Shown here piece by piece: positions 9,720-20,177 of a stretch of DNA of 64,000 bases; position 1 is the first letter of the stretch, and each line of letters starts with the position of its first letter. The notes under the pieces are model-generated. The model had not been told where the DNA came from. It saw only the letters and a list, made by a program, of their open reading frames with translations, and searched no databases. The translations under genes and the position numbers were made by a program. Source of the stretch: a virus. Where the stretch lies: IMG/VR virus record IMGVR_UViG_3300035703_000044, positions 1 through 64,000 of that record, one strand, 5' to 3'.

Positions 9720-11450
9720 ATGAAATCCCAGTTCACCAAATTTACTCATAAAACTCCACATCTTGGAAAAAAACAACATCAACTTGATCCCAATTTGGAT
9801 CTAAAACAGTTGGTACATCACTCAACTGTTCAGTATGTTGATCGTGATGCTGATGGAGATGTGGACGTTTATGATAATCCTAAAAAACCAGTTCCTGATG
9901 AAAATCCAATTAAAGATTTTGACACAGTTTCAAAAAAATTAATTGCAAAACAAAAAGGTGAAATTAAACATACTCGCAGAGGTATGGCGTATGAGGATCT
10001 TCGTAAATGGTTTGGAACTGGTGGAGAAGGTGGAGTAGGTGGTGGAGGATGGGATCGTTATAATACAAAAGGTGAAAGAATTGGCAAATGTGCTCGTGAA
10101 CCTGGAGAGGGTAAACCAAAATGTCTTTCAAAAGAAAAGGCATCAAAGATGTCCAAGGATGAAATTGCTGCTGCAGTAAGAAGAAAAAGAAAAGCAGATC
10201 CTGTAGCAGATCGTCCAGGAAAAGGAGGAAAACCAAAAATGGTATCCAATAAAATCAAAGAAGAAACACACGATTCTTCTCTTCCTGATTGGAATGGACC
10301 AATGTTTTCAGTAAATGAAAAGAGATTTTGTCCAAAATGCCAAAAAAATGAAACCCAAATGGAATGTAGGTATGGTCCAAAATATTGGGCATTATATTCA
10401 TTACCATCATCAATAGTCACAAATCAAATGAAATACGACATCGCTCAACTTCATCCAGCAAATGAACAAAAAGATCATGAACACTCTATGGCTCGTTCTG
10501 AACTTTCTACGGTGATGAATGCGGCTAAGAGACTTAAGAAAAAAATGGGTAAAGGAGAAGGTAATATTGAAGCATGGGTACAATCAAAAATTACCAAGGC
10601 TGCAGATTATCTTGATGCGGCCGCAGATTACTTAGATAGTGGTGAACATAATGTTCATGGATCTATGGATGAAGAAAAAGGACCTTGTTGGACAGGATAC
10701 AAACAAGTTGGAATGAAGAAAAAAGGAAAAAGAATGGTTCCAAATTGTGTACCCGAACATACTGGAATTGTCGGAAAGATTCTTGAACAGATTGCTGGAG
10801 AAGAGGAACTTCAAACTCTCGAAGAAAAGAATGTTCCTACCAATCCCGCACTTTGGTCTAAAATGAAATCCAGAGCAAAAGCAAAGTTTGATGTTTATCC
10901 TTCCGCATATGCAAATGGTTGGGCAGCTAAAGAATATAAGAAAGCTGGTGGCGGATGGAAATCAGTAAGTGAGGAAGTTGAACTTGAGGAAGCAGTAAGA
11001 ATTCCATCAAAAACTGGAAACTTAGTACACGTAATGTTGACTTGGAAAGGTAAGTATTATTCACTCAAGATGTTCTTCCCACAAGTATCTCTTCCAAGTA
11101 GAAAGGATGTTCAAGATCAAGTTGAAAAGGTGTATCCAGGATCTAAAGTCCAATCATATCATGTAGTAGAGTATCAACCAGGAGAGCCAATTGTTCATAC
11201 TGAAGGTGCTGCTTGGACACGTAGAGAAGGACAAAACAAAGAAGGTGGACTTAATGAGAAAGGACGTAAATCTTACGAAAGAGAAAATCCAGGATCTGAT
11301 CTTAAGGCACCAAGTAAGAAGGTTGGAAATCCCCGCAGGGCATCATTCTGTGCAAGGATGCAAGGAATGAAGAAGAAACTTACTTCTTCAAAAACTGCTA
11401 ACGATCCAAATAGCAGAATCAACAAAAGTTTGCGTGCGTGGAATTGTTGA
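9720..11450 (+). CDS. modular basic/acidic protein, putative internal head polyprotein
   Basis: Modules ('DLRKWF', 'EAWVQSKITKA', 'PCWTGY..VPNCV', 'KFDVYPSAYANGW', 'RRASFCARM..SLRAWNC') separated by Glu sites; late-like CTAAATA upstream. Confidence 0.65.
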   Translation: MKSQFTKFTHKTPHLGKKQHQLDPNLDLKQLVHHSTVQYVDRDADGDVDVYDNPKKPVPDENPIKDFDTVSKKLIAKQKGEIKHTRRGMAYEDLRKWFGTGGEGGVGGGGWDRYNTKGERIGKCAREPGEGKPKCLSKEKASKMSKDEIAAAVRRKRKADPVADRPGKGGKPKMVSNKIKEETHDSSLPDWNGPMFSVNEKRFCPKCQKNETQMECRYGPKYWALYSLPSSIVTNQMKYDIAQLHPANEQKDHEHSMARSELSTVMNAAKRLKKKMGKGEGNIEAWVQSKITKAADYLDAAADYLDSGEHNVHGSMDEEKGPCWTGYKQVGMKKKGKRMVPNCVPEHTGIVGKILEQIAGEEELQTLEEKNVPTNPALWSKMKSRAKAKFDVYPSAYANGWAAKEYKKAGGGWKSVSEEVELEEAVRIPSKTGNLVHVMLTWKGKYYSLKMFFPQVSLPSRKDVQDQVEKVYPGSKVQSYHVVEYQPGEPIVHTEGAAWTRREGQNKEGGLNEKGRKSYERENPGSDLKAPSKKVGNPRRASFCARMQGMKKKLTSSKTANDPNSRINKSLRAWNC

Positions 11451-11451
11451 T

Positions 11452-11772
11452 ATGAAAACATTCAAACAGTTTTTAGAAGAAAGCATCAACATCTCCGGAG
11501 ATTTCAACGGAACTTTGATTGTTGGTGGAAATAATCAACCAGAATCTCAGACAGAAGAGTTTTCTGCAGATATAGTTTATATGGGAAATATCCATAGAAT
11601 TTCTATGGTAACTGAAAATGGTATTCCATCAAAACTAGATCTTACAGAATATCTTCAAGATGAATATCCAGGTTCTATTGTTCAGCATATATACGTTAAA
11701 GAGAACTCAAAAGGTTCTATTCGAGTAACAGACGATAAAAGATATCATCCCGCAAAATTAGATTGGATTTAA
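11452..11772 (+). CDS. hypothetical protein with capsid-targeting-like N-terminus
   Basis: Starts MKTFKQFLEE (T4 internal-protein CTS is MKTYQEFIAE). Confidence 0.65.
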   Translation: MKTFKQFLEESINISGDFNGTLIVGGNNQPESQTEEFSADIVYMGNIHRISMVTENGIPSKLDLTEYLQDEYPGSIVQHIYVKENSKGSIRVTDDKRYHPAKLDWI

Positions 11773-11775
11773 ATT

Positions 11776-12510
11776 ATGTCACTTAATAATTATATTTGGG
11801 GTGAACAATTTGATCTGAATGTTTCGAGGGGCAAAACTCGTGGAGCATCACCACTCCATAAGTTTGGTGCAACTCCCATTCAATCAATCAATACTACTGC
11901 AACAGTATGGGATAAACCAGATACTTTATATCCTTGGAGTGCTTTTGATACTCCAGGTGTTCTTGTCGCAGCACAAGTTGGTGCGTCCGATAATGGAAAA
12001 GTAGTTACTATTATTGGTCTTGATAGTAACTGGGATCAAATAGAAGAGGACTTCACATTATCTAGTGCGGGTACTGTAACTGGGACTAAAATTTTTAAAA
12101 GAGTATTCAGAGGATTTATAAAAACAGGAACAAATAATGTTGGACAATTAAGTTTTTCCAGAGGAGGAGTAGAAGTTTTAAGAATTACTGCCGAACTAGG
12201 GCAAACTTTGATGACGGTTTACACTGTTCCAAACGGTTATACTGGATACCTATACCAGGGAGTATGCACTATTCAAACAGGTGGTGATGCAACTGGTTTT
12301 ATGATGGTTAGATACAATACGATTGGACAAGCATTTAGAGTGGGACATACATTTGAGGTAAGTGGTGCAGGTGGAGAATACTTTTATAAATTCGCATTTC
12401 CAATTGAATTACCACAACATTCGGATATTGATGTTAGAACTACTACAAGAGGAAATAATTCTCGTGTTACTGCTGCCTTTGATATGTTGTTAATTAAGAA
12501 TGAACTATGA
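11776..12510 (+). CDS. hypothetical phage protein (beta-rich, probably structural)
   Basis: 244 aa ORF coupled to gp17 (ATGA overlap). Confidence 0.7.
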   Translation: MSLNNYIWGEQFDLNVSRGKTRGASPLHKFGATPIQSINTTATVWDKPDTLYPWSAFDTPGVLVAAQVGASDNGKVVTIIGLDSNWDQIEEDFTLSSAGTVTGTKIFKRVFRGFIKTGTNNVGQLSFSRGGVEVLRITAELGQTLMTVYTVPNGYTGYLYQGVCTIQTGGDATGFMMVRYNTIGQAFRVGHTFEVSGAGGEYFYKFAFPIELPQHSDIDVRTTTRGNNSRVTAAFDMLLIKNEL

Positions 12511-14153
12511 GTGACGTATATCTTGGTAATCCACTTCTCAAGAAGGCTAATACTCCTATCGAGTTTACTCAGGATCAAATTCTTGAGTTTGTAAAGTGTA
12601 AGGAAGATCCTGTTTATTTTGCAAAGAACTATGTGAAGATTGTGACTCTGGACAAAGGATTGCAACCTTTCCAGATGTATCCCTTTCAGGAGAAGTTAGT
12701 TAATAACTTCCACAATCATAGATTCAACATCTGTAAGATGCCACGACAGACTGGTAAATCAACCACTGTAGTGTCCTTCCTACTCCACTATGCCGTCTTT
12801 AATGACAATGTTAACATAGGTATCCTCGCAAACAAGGCAGCAACTGCCAGGGAACTCCTGGATAGGTTACAGACTGCTTATGAGAACCTACCCAAATGGA
12901 TGCAACAAGGAATTATCTCATGGAACAAAGGTTCTTTGGAATTAGAGAACGGTTCTAAAATTCTTGCTGCATCTACATCAGCATCTGCTGTTCGAGGAAT
13001 GTCATTTAACATTCTGTTCTTGGACGAATTTGCGTTCGTTCCAAACCATATTGCAGATTCTTTCTTTGCATCTGTGTATCCTACGATTACTTCAGGTAAG
13101 AGTACGAAAGTAATCATCGTTTCTACGCCGCACGGTATGAATCACTTCTACCGTATGTGGCATGATGCGGAGAAGAAAAAGAATGAATATATTCCAACTG
13201 ATGTTCACTGGAGTGAAGTTCCTGGTAGAGACGAAACCTGGAAAGCTCAGACAATTGCAAACACTTCAGAACAACAATTTAAAGTTGAGTTTGAATGTGA
13301 ATTCTTAGGATCTGTTGATACTCTAATTGCACCTAGTAAACTCAAGAGTTTAGTTTATGATCATCCATTAAAACGAAGTGCTGGTCTAGATGTTTATGAG
13401 GATGTAAAAGAAAATCACGATTATGTAATTACCGTTGACGTTGCTCGTGGTGTTGGGAATGATTACTCCGCATTTACGGTCATAGACATTACAACATTCC
13501 CACATAAAGTTGTTGCAAAGTACAGGAATAATGAAATTAAACCAATGTTATTCCCAAGTATTATTGTGGATGTTGCAAGAAACTATAATGACTCTTATAT
13601 TCTATGTGAAGTAAATGATGTTGGGGATCAAGTAGCAAGTATTGTTCATTATGACTTGGAATACAACAACCTTCTTATGTGTTCTATGCGTGGTAGAGCA
13701 GGTCAAATTGTTGGACAAGGATTCTCTGGAAAGAAAACTCAACTTGGGGTAAAAATGTCCAAGACCGTTAAGAAGGTTGGATGTCTAAACCTCAAGACGA
13801 TGATTGAAGAAAACAAACTTCTTATCAATGATTATGAGATCATCGCAGAACTTACAACATTTATTCAAAAACATAACTCATTCGAGGCAGAAGAAGGTTG
13901 CAATGATGACTTAGCAATGTGTTTGGTGATTTATGCTTGGTTGGTTGCACAAGATTACTTTAAAGAACTTACCGATCAAGATGTTCGTAAGAGAATCTAC
14001 GAAGAACAGAAGAATCAAATTGAACAAGACATGGCACCATTTGGTTTTATTGTTGATGGTCTTGATGGAAATAGTTTTGTTGATTCTGAAGGCGATCGTT
14101 GGTATACTGATGAGTATGGTGATAGAGCTTACATGTGGGAGTATCTATCCTGA
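12507..14153 (+). CDS. gp17: terminase large subunit gp17
   Basis: 'MPRQTGKST' Walker A, 'ILFLDEFAF' Walker B, RNase H-like 'VDVARG..DYS', 'DDLAMC'. Confidence 0.98.
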   Translation: MSDVYLGNPLLKKANTPIEFTQDQILEFVKCKEDPVYFAKNYVKIVTLDKGLQPFQMYPFQEKLVNNFHNHRFNICKMPRQTGKSTTVVSFLLHYAVFNDNVNIGILANKAATARELLDRLQTAYENLPKWMQQGIISWNKGSLELENGSKILAASTSASAVRGMSFNILFLDEFAFVPNHIADSFFASVYPTITSGKSTKVIIVSTPHGMNHFYRMWHDAEKKKNEYIPTDVHWSEVPGRDETWKAQTIANTSEQQFKVEFECEFLGSVDTLIAPSKLKSLVYDHPLKRSAGLDVYEDVKENHDYVITVDVARGVGNDYSAFTVIDITTFPHKVVAKYRNNEIKPMLFPSIIVDVARNYNDSYILCEVNDVGDQVASIVHYDLEYNNLLMCSMRGRAGQIVGQGFSGKKTQLGVKMSKTVKKVGCLNLKTMIEENKLLINDYEIIAELTTFIQKHNSFEAEEGCNDDLAMCLVIYAWLVAQDYFKELTDQDVRKRIYEEQKNQIEQDMAPFGFIVDGLDGNSFVDSEGDRWYTDEYGDRAYMWEYLS

Positions 14154-14383
14154 TGGACTTAGATGGTCAAATTAGACTTGGACATTTATTACTTAATGAT
14201 AGAAAATGTAGAGTTTGTGGTGAGGTAAAAAATCTTATTGATGGATTTTATAGGACCAGAAAAGATAGAGGGCCTGTTCCATCATCATATTCTTATGAGT
14301 GTAAAGAGTGTACAATTAAAAGGATAGTAACTAGTAGAATGACTACGAGAGTTTTGGATAAATGGGAATATCCTGATTGGTAG
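14153..14383 (+). CDS. small Zn-finger protein
   Basis: 'CRVCGEVK...F Y...SYECKEC' (CxxC..CxxC); ATG overlaps the gp17 stop. Confidence 0.7.
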   Translation: MDLDGQIRLGHLLLNDRKCRVCGEVKNLIDGFYRTRKDRGPVPSSYSYECKECTIKRIVTSRMTTRVLDKWEYPDW

Positions 14384-14463
14384 TCGTTCACACACCATTT
14401 CCCCATTCAAAAACTCCTTTTTCATAAATATTTCCAGTTAAACTGAAGTATCAGGAGAAAAAC

Positions 14464-16620
14464 ATGGCGACTCCTCAATTATCTCCAGGCGTGCTCGTCA
14501 GAGAAGTTGATTTAACTGTAGGGAGAGCTGATAATGTTTTAGATAATATTGGAGCAATTGCGGGTCCTTTTGCAATTGGTCCTGTTGATGAAGCAATTGA
14601 TATTACCACAGAACAAGAATTAATTAACACTTTTGGCAAACCACTTTCAACCGATGCTCAGTATGAGTATTGGATGAGTGCATCCTCTTTCTTATCGTAT
14701 GGTGGCATTCTTAAAGTTGTTAGAACTGATGGATCAACTTTAAACAATGCAAACTCAACAAGAGCTGGTGTAAGTAGTTCAGTTCTTAAGATCAAGAATT
14801 ATGACGATTACAATGCAAACTATTCTGATGATACAGTAACTTGGGGCATTGCTGCAAAGAATCCAGGTGCTTGGGCAAACAACCTTAAAGTTTGTGTCAT
14901 TGACGATAAAGCAGATCAAACTTTATCAATTGGATCCACTGCAGGTATTAGTGTTGGTTTTGGAGTTACCACTACTCTCACCAATCAGGTCATTGCAGGA
15001 TCTGGTTCTACCAGCACCTTTACTGGTTATCTGAAAGGAATCATCACTGGAATCGGTGCAACAACTATTGATGTTAAGATCGTTTCTCGTGTAAGTTCTG
15101 TTGGAGTAGAAACTTCAGTCACTTATGCACAAAGAGATCAATCTTTATCATTCAGACCAGGTAACACGGTTTCGGTGATCAATGCTTCTGGTGTTGGTAT
15201 TTTAACCGCAACACTAGGTTCTGCAGAGACCGACGCTGTAGATTGGTACGATCAACAAACTCTTGGACTGGTAAACTCCACAGTTTTCTGGAGTTCGATC
15301 GCACCAAAACCAATTTCAAGCAACTACTCACTTTCAAGACAAGGAAAGAATGATAGTATTCACGTTGTAGTAGTTGATGACACTGGTTCAGTAACTGGAA
15401 TTCAAGGAAATCTTCTTGAAAAACACCTCTTCTTATCCAAGGCATCGGATGCAATTTCTGCAGAAAATGCACCACAGAAAGTATTCTGGAAGGATTATCT
15501 TGCACTGAACTCCGCATATATCTATGCAGGTGATAACCCATCTGACGGTTCCGATGGTTTCGTAGCAGTTTCTGGATTTAGTTCTGGATTTAGTGGAATT
15601 ACAACTGCATCGGGAACTTGGAATAGAGATGCTCAGGGAGTTACCTTTAACGTAATCGGTAATACCTCATACACCTTAACTGGTGGTGTTGATTATTCCG
15701 CATCAAACGGAATGACAGCAACTCTCGGCAATCTGATTACTTCATATAATCTCTTCTCAAACAGAGATGAGATTCAAGTTGATTACTTAATTTGTGGTCC
15801 TGGTTTGTCCAACAAGTCACAATCTCAAGCAAAAGCAAATCAACTGATTTCAATTGCAGAATCTAGAAAAGATTGTGTTGCTGTTGTTTCTCCTCATCGT
15901 GCAGATGTTGTTGATGTAACAAATACAACTACACAAACTAATAATGTAATTGAGTTCTTCGCACCACTTTCATCTTCTTCTTATGCGGTATTTGATAGTG
16001 GTTACAAGTACACTTATGATAGATTTAACAACAAATTCCGTTATATCCCATGTAATGCTGATGTTGCTGGATTGATGGTAAGAACTAGTATTCTTGCATT
16101 CCCTTGGTTCTCTCCTGCTGGACAACAAAGAGGAATCCTGAACAATGCAATTAAACTTGCATACAATCCATCAAAGGCACAAAGAGATCAACTTTATCCT
16201 GTAAGAGTTAACTCAATCGTTAATCAACCAGGAACTGGAATTCTTCTCTTTGGTGATAAGACCGCTCTTGGTTATGCATCTGCATTTGATAGAATCAACG
16301 TTCGCCGTCTGTTCTTGACAATTGAACAAGCTCTTCAGAAGTCTGCTGAGGCTCAACTCTTTGAACTTAATGACCAAATCACCAGAGCAAACTTTGTTAA
16401 CATTGTTGAACCATATCTGCGTGACATTCAAGCAAAACGAGGTCTCTATGGATTCCTGGTAATTTGTGATGAAACAAATAACACTCCAGATGTAATTGAT
16501 AATAATGAATTCAGAGCAGATATTTTCCTGAAACCTGCCAAGTCTATCAACTACGTCACACTTACTTTCGTTGCAACCAGAACTGGTGTTAGCTTCGAAG
16601 AAGTTGCTGGTAGAGTTTGA
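14464..16620 (+). CDS. gp18: tail sheath protein gp18
   Basis: 'LSPGVLVREVDLT', 'PWFSPAGQQRG', 'FDRINVRRLFL'. Confidence 0.98.
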   Translation: MATPQLSPGVLVREVDLTVGRADNVLDNIGAIAGPFAIGPVDEAIDITTEQELINTFGKPLSTDAQYEYWMSASSFLSYGGILKVVRTDGSTLNNANSTRAGVSSSVLKIKNYDDYNANYSDDTVTWGIAAKNPGAWANNLKVCVIDDKADQTLSIGSTAGISVGFGVTTTLTNQVIAGSGSTSTFTGYLKGIITGIGATTIDVKIVSRVSSVGVETSVTYAQRDQSLSFRPGNTVSVINASGVGILTATLGSAETDAVDWYDQQTLGLVNSTVFWSSIAPKPISSNYSLSRQGKNDSIHVVVVDDTGSVTGIQGNLLEKHLFLSKASDAISAENAPQKVFWKDYLALNSAYIYAGDNPSDGSDGFVAVSGFSSGFSGITTASGTWNRDAQGVTFNVIGNTSYTLTGGVDYSASNGMTATLGNLITSYNLFSNRDEIQVDYLICGPGLSNKSQSQAKANQLISIAESRKDCVAVVSPHRADVVDVTNTTTQTNNVIEFFAPLSSSSYAVFDSGYKYTYDRFNNKFRYIPCNADVAGLMVRTSILAFPWFSPAGQQRGILNNAIKLAYNPSKAQRDQLYPVRVNSIVNQPGTGILLFGDKTALGYASAFDRINVRRLFLTIEQALQKSAEAQLFELNDQITRANFVNIVEPYLRDIQAKRGLYGFLVICDETNNTPDVIDNNEFRADIFLKPAKSINYVTLTFVATRTGVSFEEVAGRV

Positions 16621-16656
16621 TTTTAGATTATAAATTACTAAAGGAGGAACCTAAAA

Positions 16657-17271
16657 ATGGCACAAATTCCAACAAGAGGCATTTCACAATTTAAATCAAA
16701 ACTGATTGGTGGTGGAGCCCGTCCTAATCTTTTTGAAGTTGATATCACATTTCCAGCTGGTGTAAACCTTGGAGTGCAGGGAGACGGAACTGGTCAGTTT
16801 GATAAAGAAAACTTCCGTTTTCTTTGCAAAGCTGCTGCACTTCCAGCATCAAACGTTGCTGCAATTGAAGTACCTTTCAGAGGTCGTACTCTGAAAGTTG
16901 CTGGAGATAGAACGTTTGATGTTTGGACCGTAACTGTAATTAATGATGAAAACTTCTCACACAGAAGAGCATTTGAAGCATGGATGCAAAACCTTGGACA
17001 ATATGGTGATCACTCAGGTTTAACAAACCCAACTGATTACATGGGACAAGCAGTTGTTTATCAACTGGGTAGAAGTGCATCCAACCAGCAAGGTAATAAC
17101 ACCACTGGTGAAGATTCCAGAATTCTTGCACAATATCGTTTCATTGACATCTTCCCAACTGCAGTTTCTGCAATCGATCTTTCTTATGATACGACTGACA
17201 CGATTGAAGATTTCACAGTTGATTTCCAAGTTCAATACTACTTCCCAGAAGCTCCAGGAACTGGAGCATAA
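16657..17271 (+). CDS. gp19: tail tube protein gp19
   Basis: 'GGARPNLFEV', 'VPFRGRTLKVAGDRTFDVWTVT'. Confidence 0.97.
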   Translation: MAQIPTRGISQFKSKLIGGGARPNLFEVDITFPAGVNLGVQGDGTGQFDKENFRFLCKAAALPASNVAAIEVPFRGRTLKVAGDRTFDVWTVTVINDENFSHRRAFEAWMQNLGQYGDHSGLTNPTDYMGQAVVYQLGRSASNQQGNNTTGEDSRILAQYRFIDIFPTAVSAIDLSYDTTDTIEDFTVDFQVQYYFPEAPGTGA

Positions 17272-17304
17272 TAAATAGATCATAAGTAGTCAAGAACTTT
17301 AATA

Positions 17305-18969
17305 ATGGCAAAATTATTTGGATTCTCTATTGAGGATACTGAACCACTATCACCGAGTACAGTCAGTCCTGTTCCTCCAAATAATGAGGATGGGACTGAC
17401 CACTACTTGAGTAGTGGTTTTTTTGGTTCTTATGTAGATATTGAAGGTGTTTATAGAACTGAGTTTGATCTTATTAAAAGATATCGTGAGATGGCACTTC
17501 ATCCAGAATGTGATAGTGCCATTGAAGATATTGTTAATGAAGCAATTGTATCGGATACAAATGATAGTCCAGTTCAAATAGATCTGGATAATCTGAACGC
17601 AAGTGATGGTATTAAGAAAAAAATTAGAGATGAGTTTAAGTATATTTTAGAATTATTAGACTTTGATAAAAAGTCGCACGAAATTTATAGAAACTGGTAT
17701 GTTGATGGTAGATTATATTATCACAAGGTAATTGATCTCAAAAATCCACACGAAGGAATTCAAGAACTTCGTTACATTGACGCACTTAAGATGCGTTATG
17801 TTAGACAAAATAAGAAGAAGAAAGATGATCATCTTCGTTTAGCGAATATGAGATCTGATAATCCTATGGATTATGAGTTCCCAGAAATCGAAGAGTACTT
17901 CATTTATAGTCCAAAGACTGCATATCCAACACAGAATCCAACAGCTTCTGGTGCAAATAATGGAATTAAGATGTCGAAAGATTCCATTACATACTGCACA
18001 TCTGGTCTTGTGGATAGGAATAAAGGATCAACTCTTTCATATCTCCATAAGGCAATCAAAGCACTCAATCAACTTCGAATGATTGAGGACTCTCTCGTTA
18101 TCTATCGTTTATCTAGAGCACCAGAAAGAAGAATTTTCTACATTGATGTGGGCAATCTTCCTAAGGTCAAAGCGGAACAATATCTCAGAGATGTTATGAT
18201 GAGATATCGTAATAAGTTGGTTTATGATGCCAACACCGGTGAGATTCGTGATGATAAGAAATATATGAGTATGCTCGAAGATTTTTGGTTGCCTCGTCGT
18301 GAAGGTGGTAGAGGAACTGAAATCTCAACACTTCCTGGTGGACAAAATCTTGGAGAAATTACTGATATTAAGTATTTTCAAGAAAAACTCTATCGTTCTC
18401 TGAACGTTCCAACCTCAAGAATTGGTGGAGATGGTGGATTTAATCTTGGACGTTCATCAGAAATTCTGAGAGATGAACTTAAATTTAGTAAGTTTGTTGG
18501 TCGTTTGAGAAAGAGATTCTCAAATATGTTTAGTGATATGTTGAGAACGCAATTGATTCTCAAGAACATTATCACTCCAGAAGATTGGGAGATCATGAAT
18601 GAACATATTCAATATGACTTCTTATATGACAATCACTTCTCGGAACTTAAAGAAGCAGAACTTCTCAATGAAAGATTGAGTCTTGCAGCAACTGCAGAAC
18701 CTTATGTTGGCAGATACTTCTCTCAAGATTATTTGAGAAGAAAGGTTCTTCGTCAGACTGATCAGGAGATTATTGAACAAGATCTGTTAATTAAGAAAGA
18801 AATTGAAGAAGGTATTATTCCAGATCCATCCCAAATGCAAATTGATCCTGCAACAGGACAACCAATTCCAGTGGAAGATGCGGGTATGAATTTAGGTAAA
18901 CCTGTAGTAGAACCAGATTTAGGATCTCAGGAAAAATCTGTAGAAATTCCGAAGGGTGGGGAAATTTAA
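17305..18969 (+). CDS. gp20: portal protein gp20
   Basis: 'YRLSRAPERRIFYIDVGNLPK', 'EDFWLPRREGGRGTEI'. Confidence 0.98.
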   Translation: MAKLFGFSIEDTEPLSPSTVSPVPPNNEDGTDHYLSSGFFGSYVDIEGVYRTEFDLIKRYREMALHPECDSAIEDIVNEAIVSDTNDSPVQIDLDNLNASDGIKKKIRDEFKYILELLDFDKKSHEIYRNWYVDGRLYYHKVIDLKNPHEGIQELRYIDALKMRYVRQNKKKKDDHLRLANMRSDNPMDYEFPEIEEYFIYSPKTAYPTQNPTASGANNGIKMSKDSITYCTSGLVDRNKGSTLSYLHKAIKALNQLRMIEDSLVIYRLSRAPERRIFYIDVGNLPKVKAEQYLRDVMMRYRNKLVYDANTGEIRDDKKYMSMLEDFWLPRREGGRGTEISTLPGGQNLGEITDIKYFQEKLYRSLNVPTSRIGGDGGFNLGRSSEILRDELKFSKFVGRLRKRFSNMFSDMLRTQLILKNIITPEDWEIMNEHIQYDFLYDNHFSELKEAELLNERLSLAATAEPYVGRYFSQDYLRRKVLRQTDQEIIEQDLLIKKEIEEGIIPDPSQMQIDPATGQPIPVEDAGMNLGKPVVEPDLGSQEKSVEIPKGGEI

Positions 18970-19000
18970 TAAATAAGTCAGACTATTATTGATTACAACA

Positions 19001-19180
19001 ATGGATGAATTAATGGATATGATTGTTACTGATGAGAGTCCATCTCAAATCAGTGACAAAATCAAAGATCTTTTGTTTGCAAAGGCATCGGAAAGAGTGG
19101 ATTCTTTTAAACCTCATGTTGCAGACTCTCTCTTTGGTGGAGAACCCGAAGAAGAAACTGAAGACTACGAAGAATCATAA
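19001..19180 (+). CDS. small acidic prohead core protein (gp67 position)
   Basis: 59 aa acidic ORF between gp20 and gp21; late promoter upstream. Confidence 0.6.
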   Translation: MDELMDMIVTDESPSQISDKIKDLLFAKASERVDSFKPHVADSLFGGEPEEETEDYEES

Positions 19181-19208
19181 ATAAAAAGTATAAGACTTTA
19201 TCATAAAA

Positions 19209-19475
19209 ATGCAAAGAACTAAGATAATTGAGACTGAAGTTTCTACAGGTGCTTCTGCCGGTGCTGCTACAAGTATTGGAAGTGCAACCTGTGTGAGAAT
19301 TCATAATAATACTGGCGGTATTATTACAGTTGGAGTTTCAACTATTGTTGGTGCTGCAACCACTAATTATTTTACAATGCCAGCAAACTCTGTTGAATTT
19401 CTTGAGAAACTTCCAACTGATGTTATCTGGACTTCATCATCCATCAAAGCAGCAAAAGTAGGATTCACAAACTAA
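19209..19475 (+). CDS. hypothetical head-region protein
   Basis: 88 aa ORF just upstream of gp21; ATAAATA upstream. Confidence 0.7.
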   Translation: MQRTKIIETEVSTGASAGAATSIGSATCVRIHNNTGGIITVGVSTIVGAATTNYFTMPANSVEFLEKLPTDVIWTSSSIKAAKVGFTN

Positions 19476-19479
19476 AACC

Positions 19480-20130
19480 ATGAAACTCATCAGAGAAGAA
19501 ATCGAACAGGTCGAATTTATCGTTGAAAACAAGAACGGTAAAAAGTCACTTTTCATCGAAGGAGTTTTTCTCCAGGGTAACATTAAGAACCGTAATGGTC
19601 GTATGTATCCTATGGAAACTCTTCGTCGTGAAGTTGCTCGTTATAATGAGAACCATGTTGCTCAAGGTAGAGCACTTGGAGAACTTGGACATCCAGATGG
19701 TCCAACCGTAAATCTGGATAGAGTTTCTCACAAGATTGTTTCTCTGAGAGAGAGTGGTTCAAACTTCATCGGAAAAGCAAAGATTCTTTCAACCCCAATG
19801 GGTAAGATTGCAGAATCTCTAATTTCCGAAGGTGTAAAACTTGGAGTTTCTTCTCGTGGTATTGGATCTCTCCGTATGACGAGAGAAGGAATTAATGTTG
19901 TTGGTGAAGACTTTATGCTTGCAACTGCTGCTGATATCGTTGCAGATCCTTCTGCTCCTGATGCATTCGTTGAAGGTATCATGGAAGGAAAAGAATGGGT
20001 ATGGGATGGTGGTATTCTGCGTGAAAAATATGCAGAAAAAACCTACAAGACCATTAATACTCTTGTAGATCAAAAGAGATTGGATGAGAATAAGTTGAAC
20101 TTATTCAACGACTTTCTCGCAAATCTTTAA
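19480..20130 (+). CDS. gp21: prohead protease gp21
   Basis: 'ALGELGHP', 'GVSSRGIGS', 'DIVADPSAPDAFV'. Confidence 0.97.
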   Translation: MKLIREEIEQVEFIVENKNGKKSLFIEGVFLQGNIKNRNGRMYPMETLRREVARYNENHVAQGRALGELGHPDGPTVNLDRVSHKIVSLRESGSNFIGKAKILSTPMGKIAESLISEGVKLGVSSRGIGSLRMTREGINVVGEDFMLATAADIVADPSAPDAFVEGIMEGKEWVWDGGILREKYAEKTYKTINTLVDQKRLDENKLNLFNDFLANL

Positions 20131-20177
20131 TTTATAAATAAATATAGTTTAAAACTAAGGTTAAACGGAGAGTTCAA

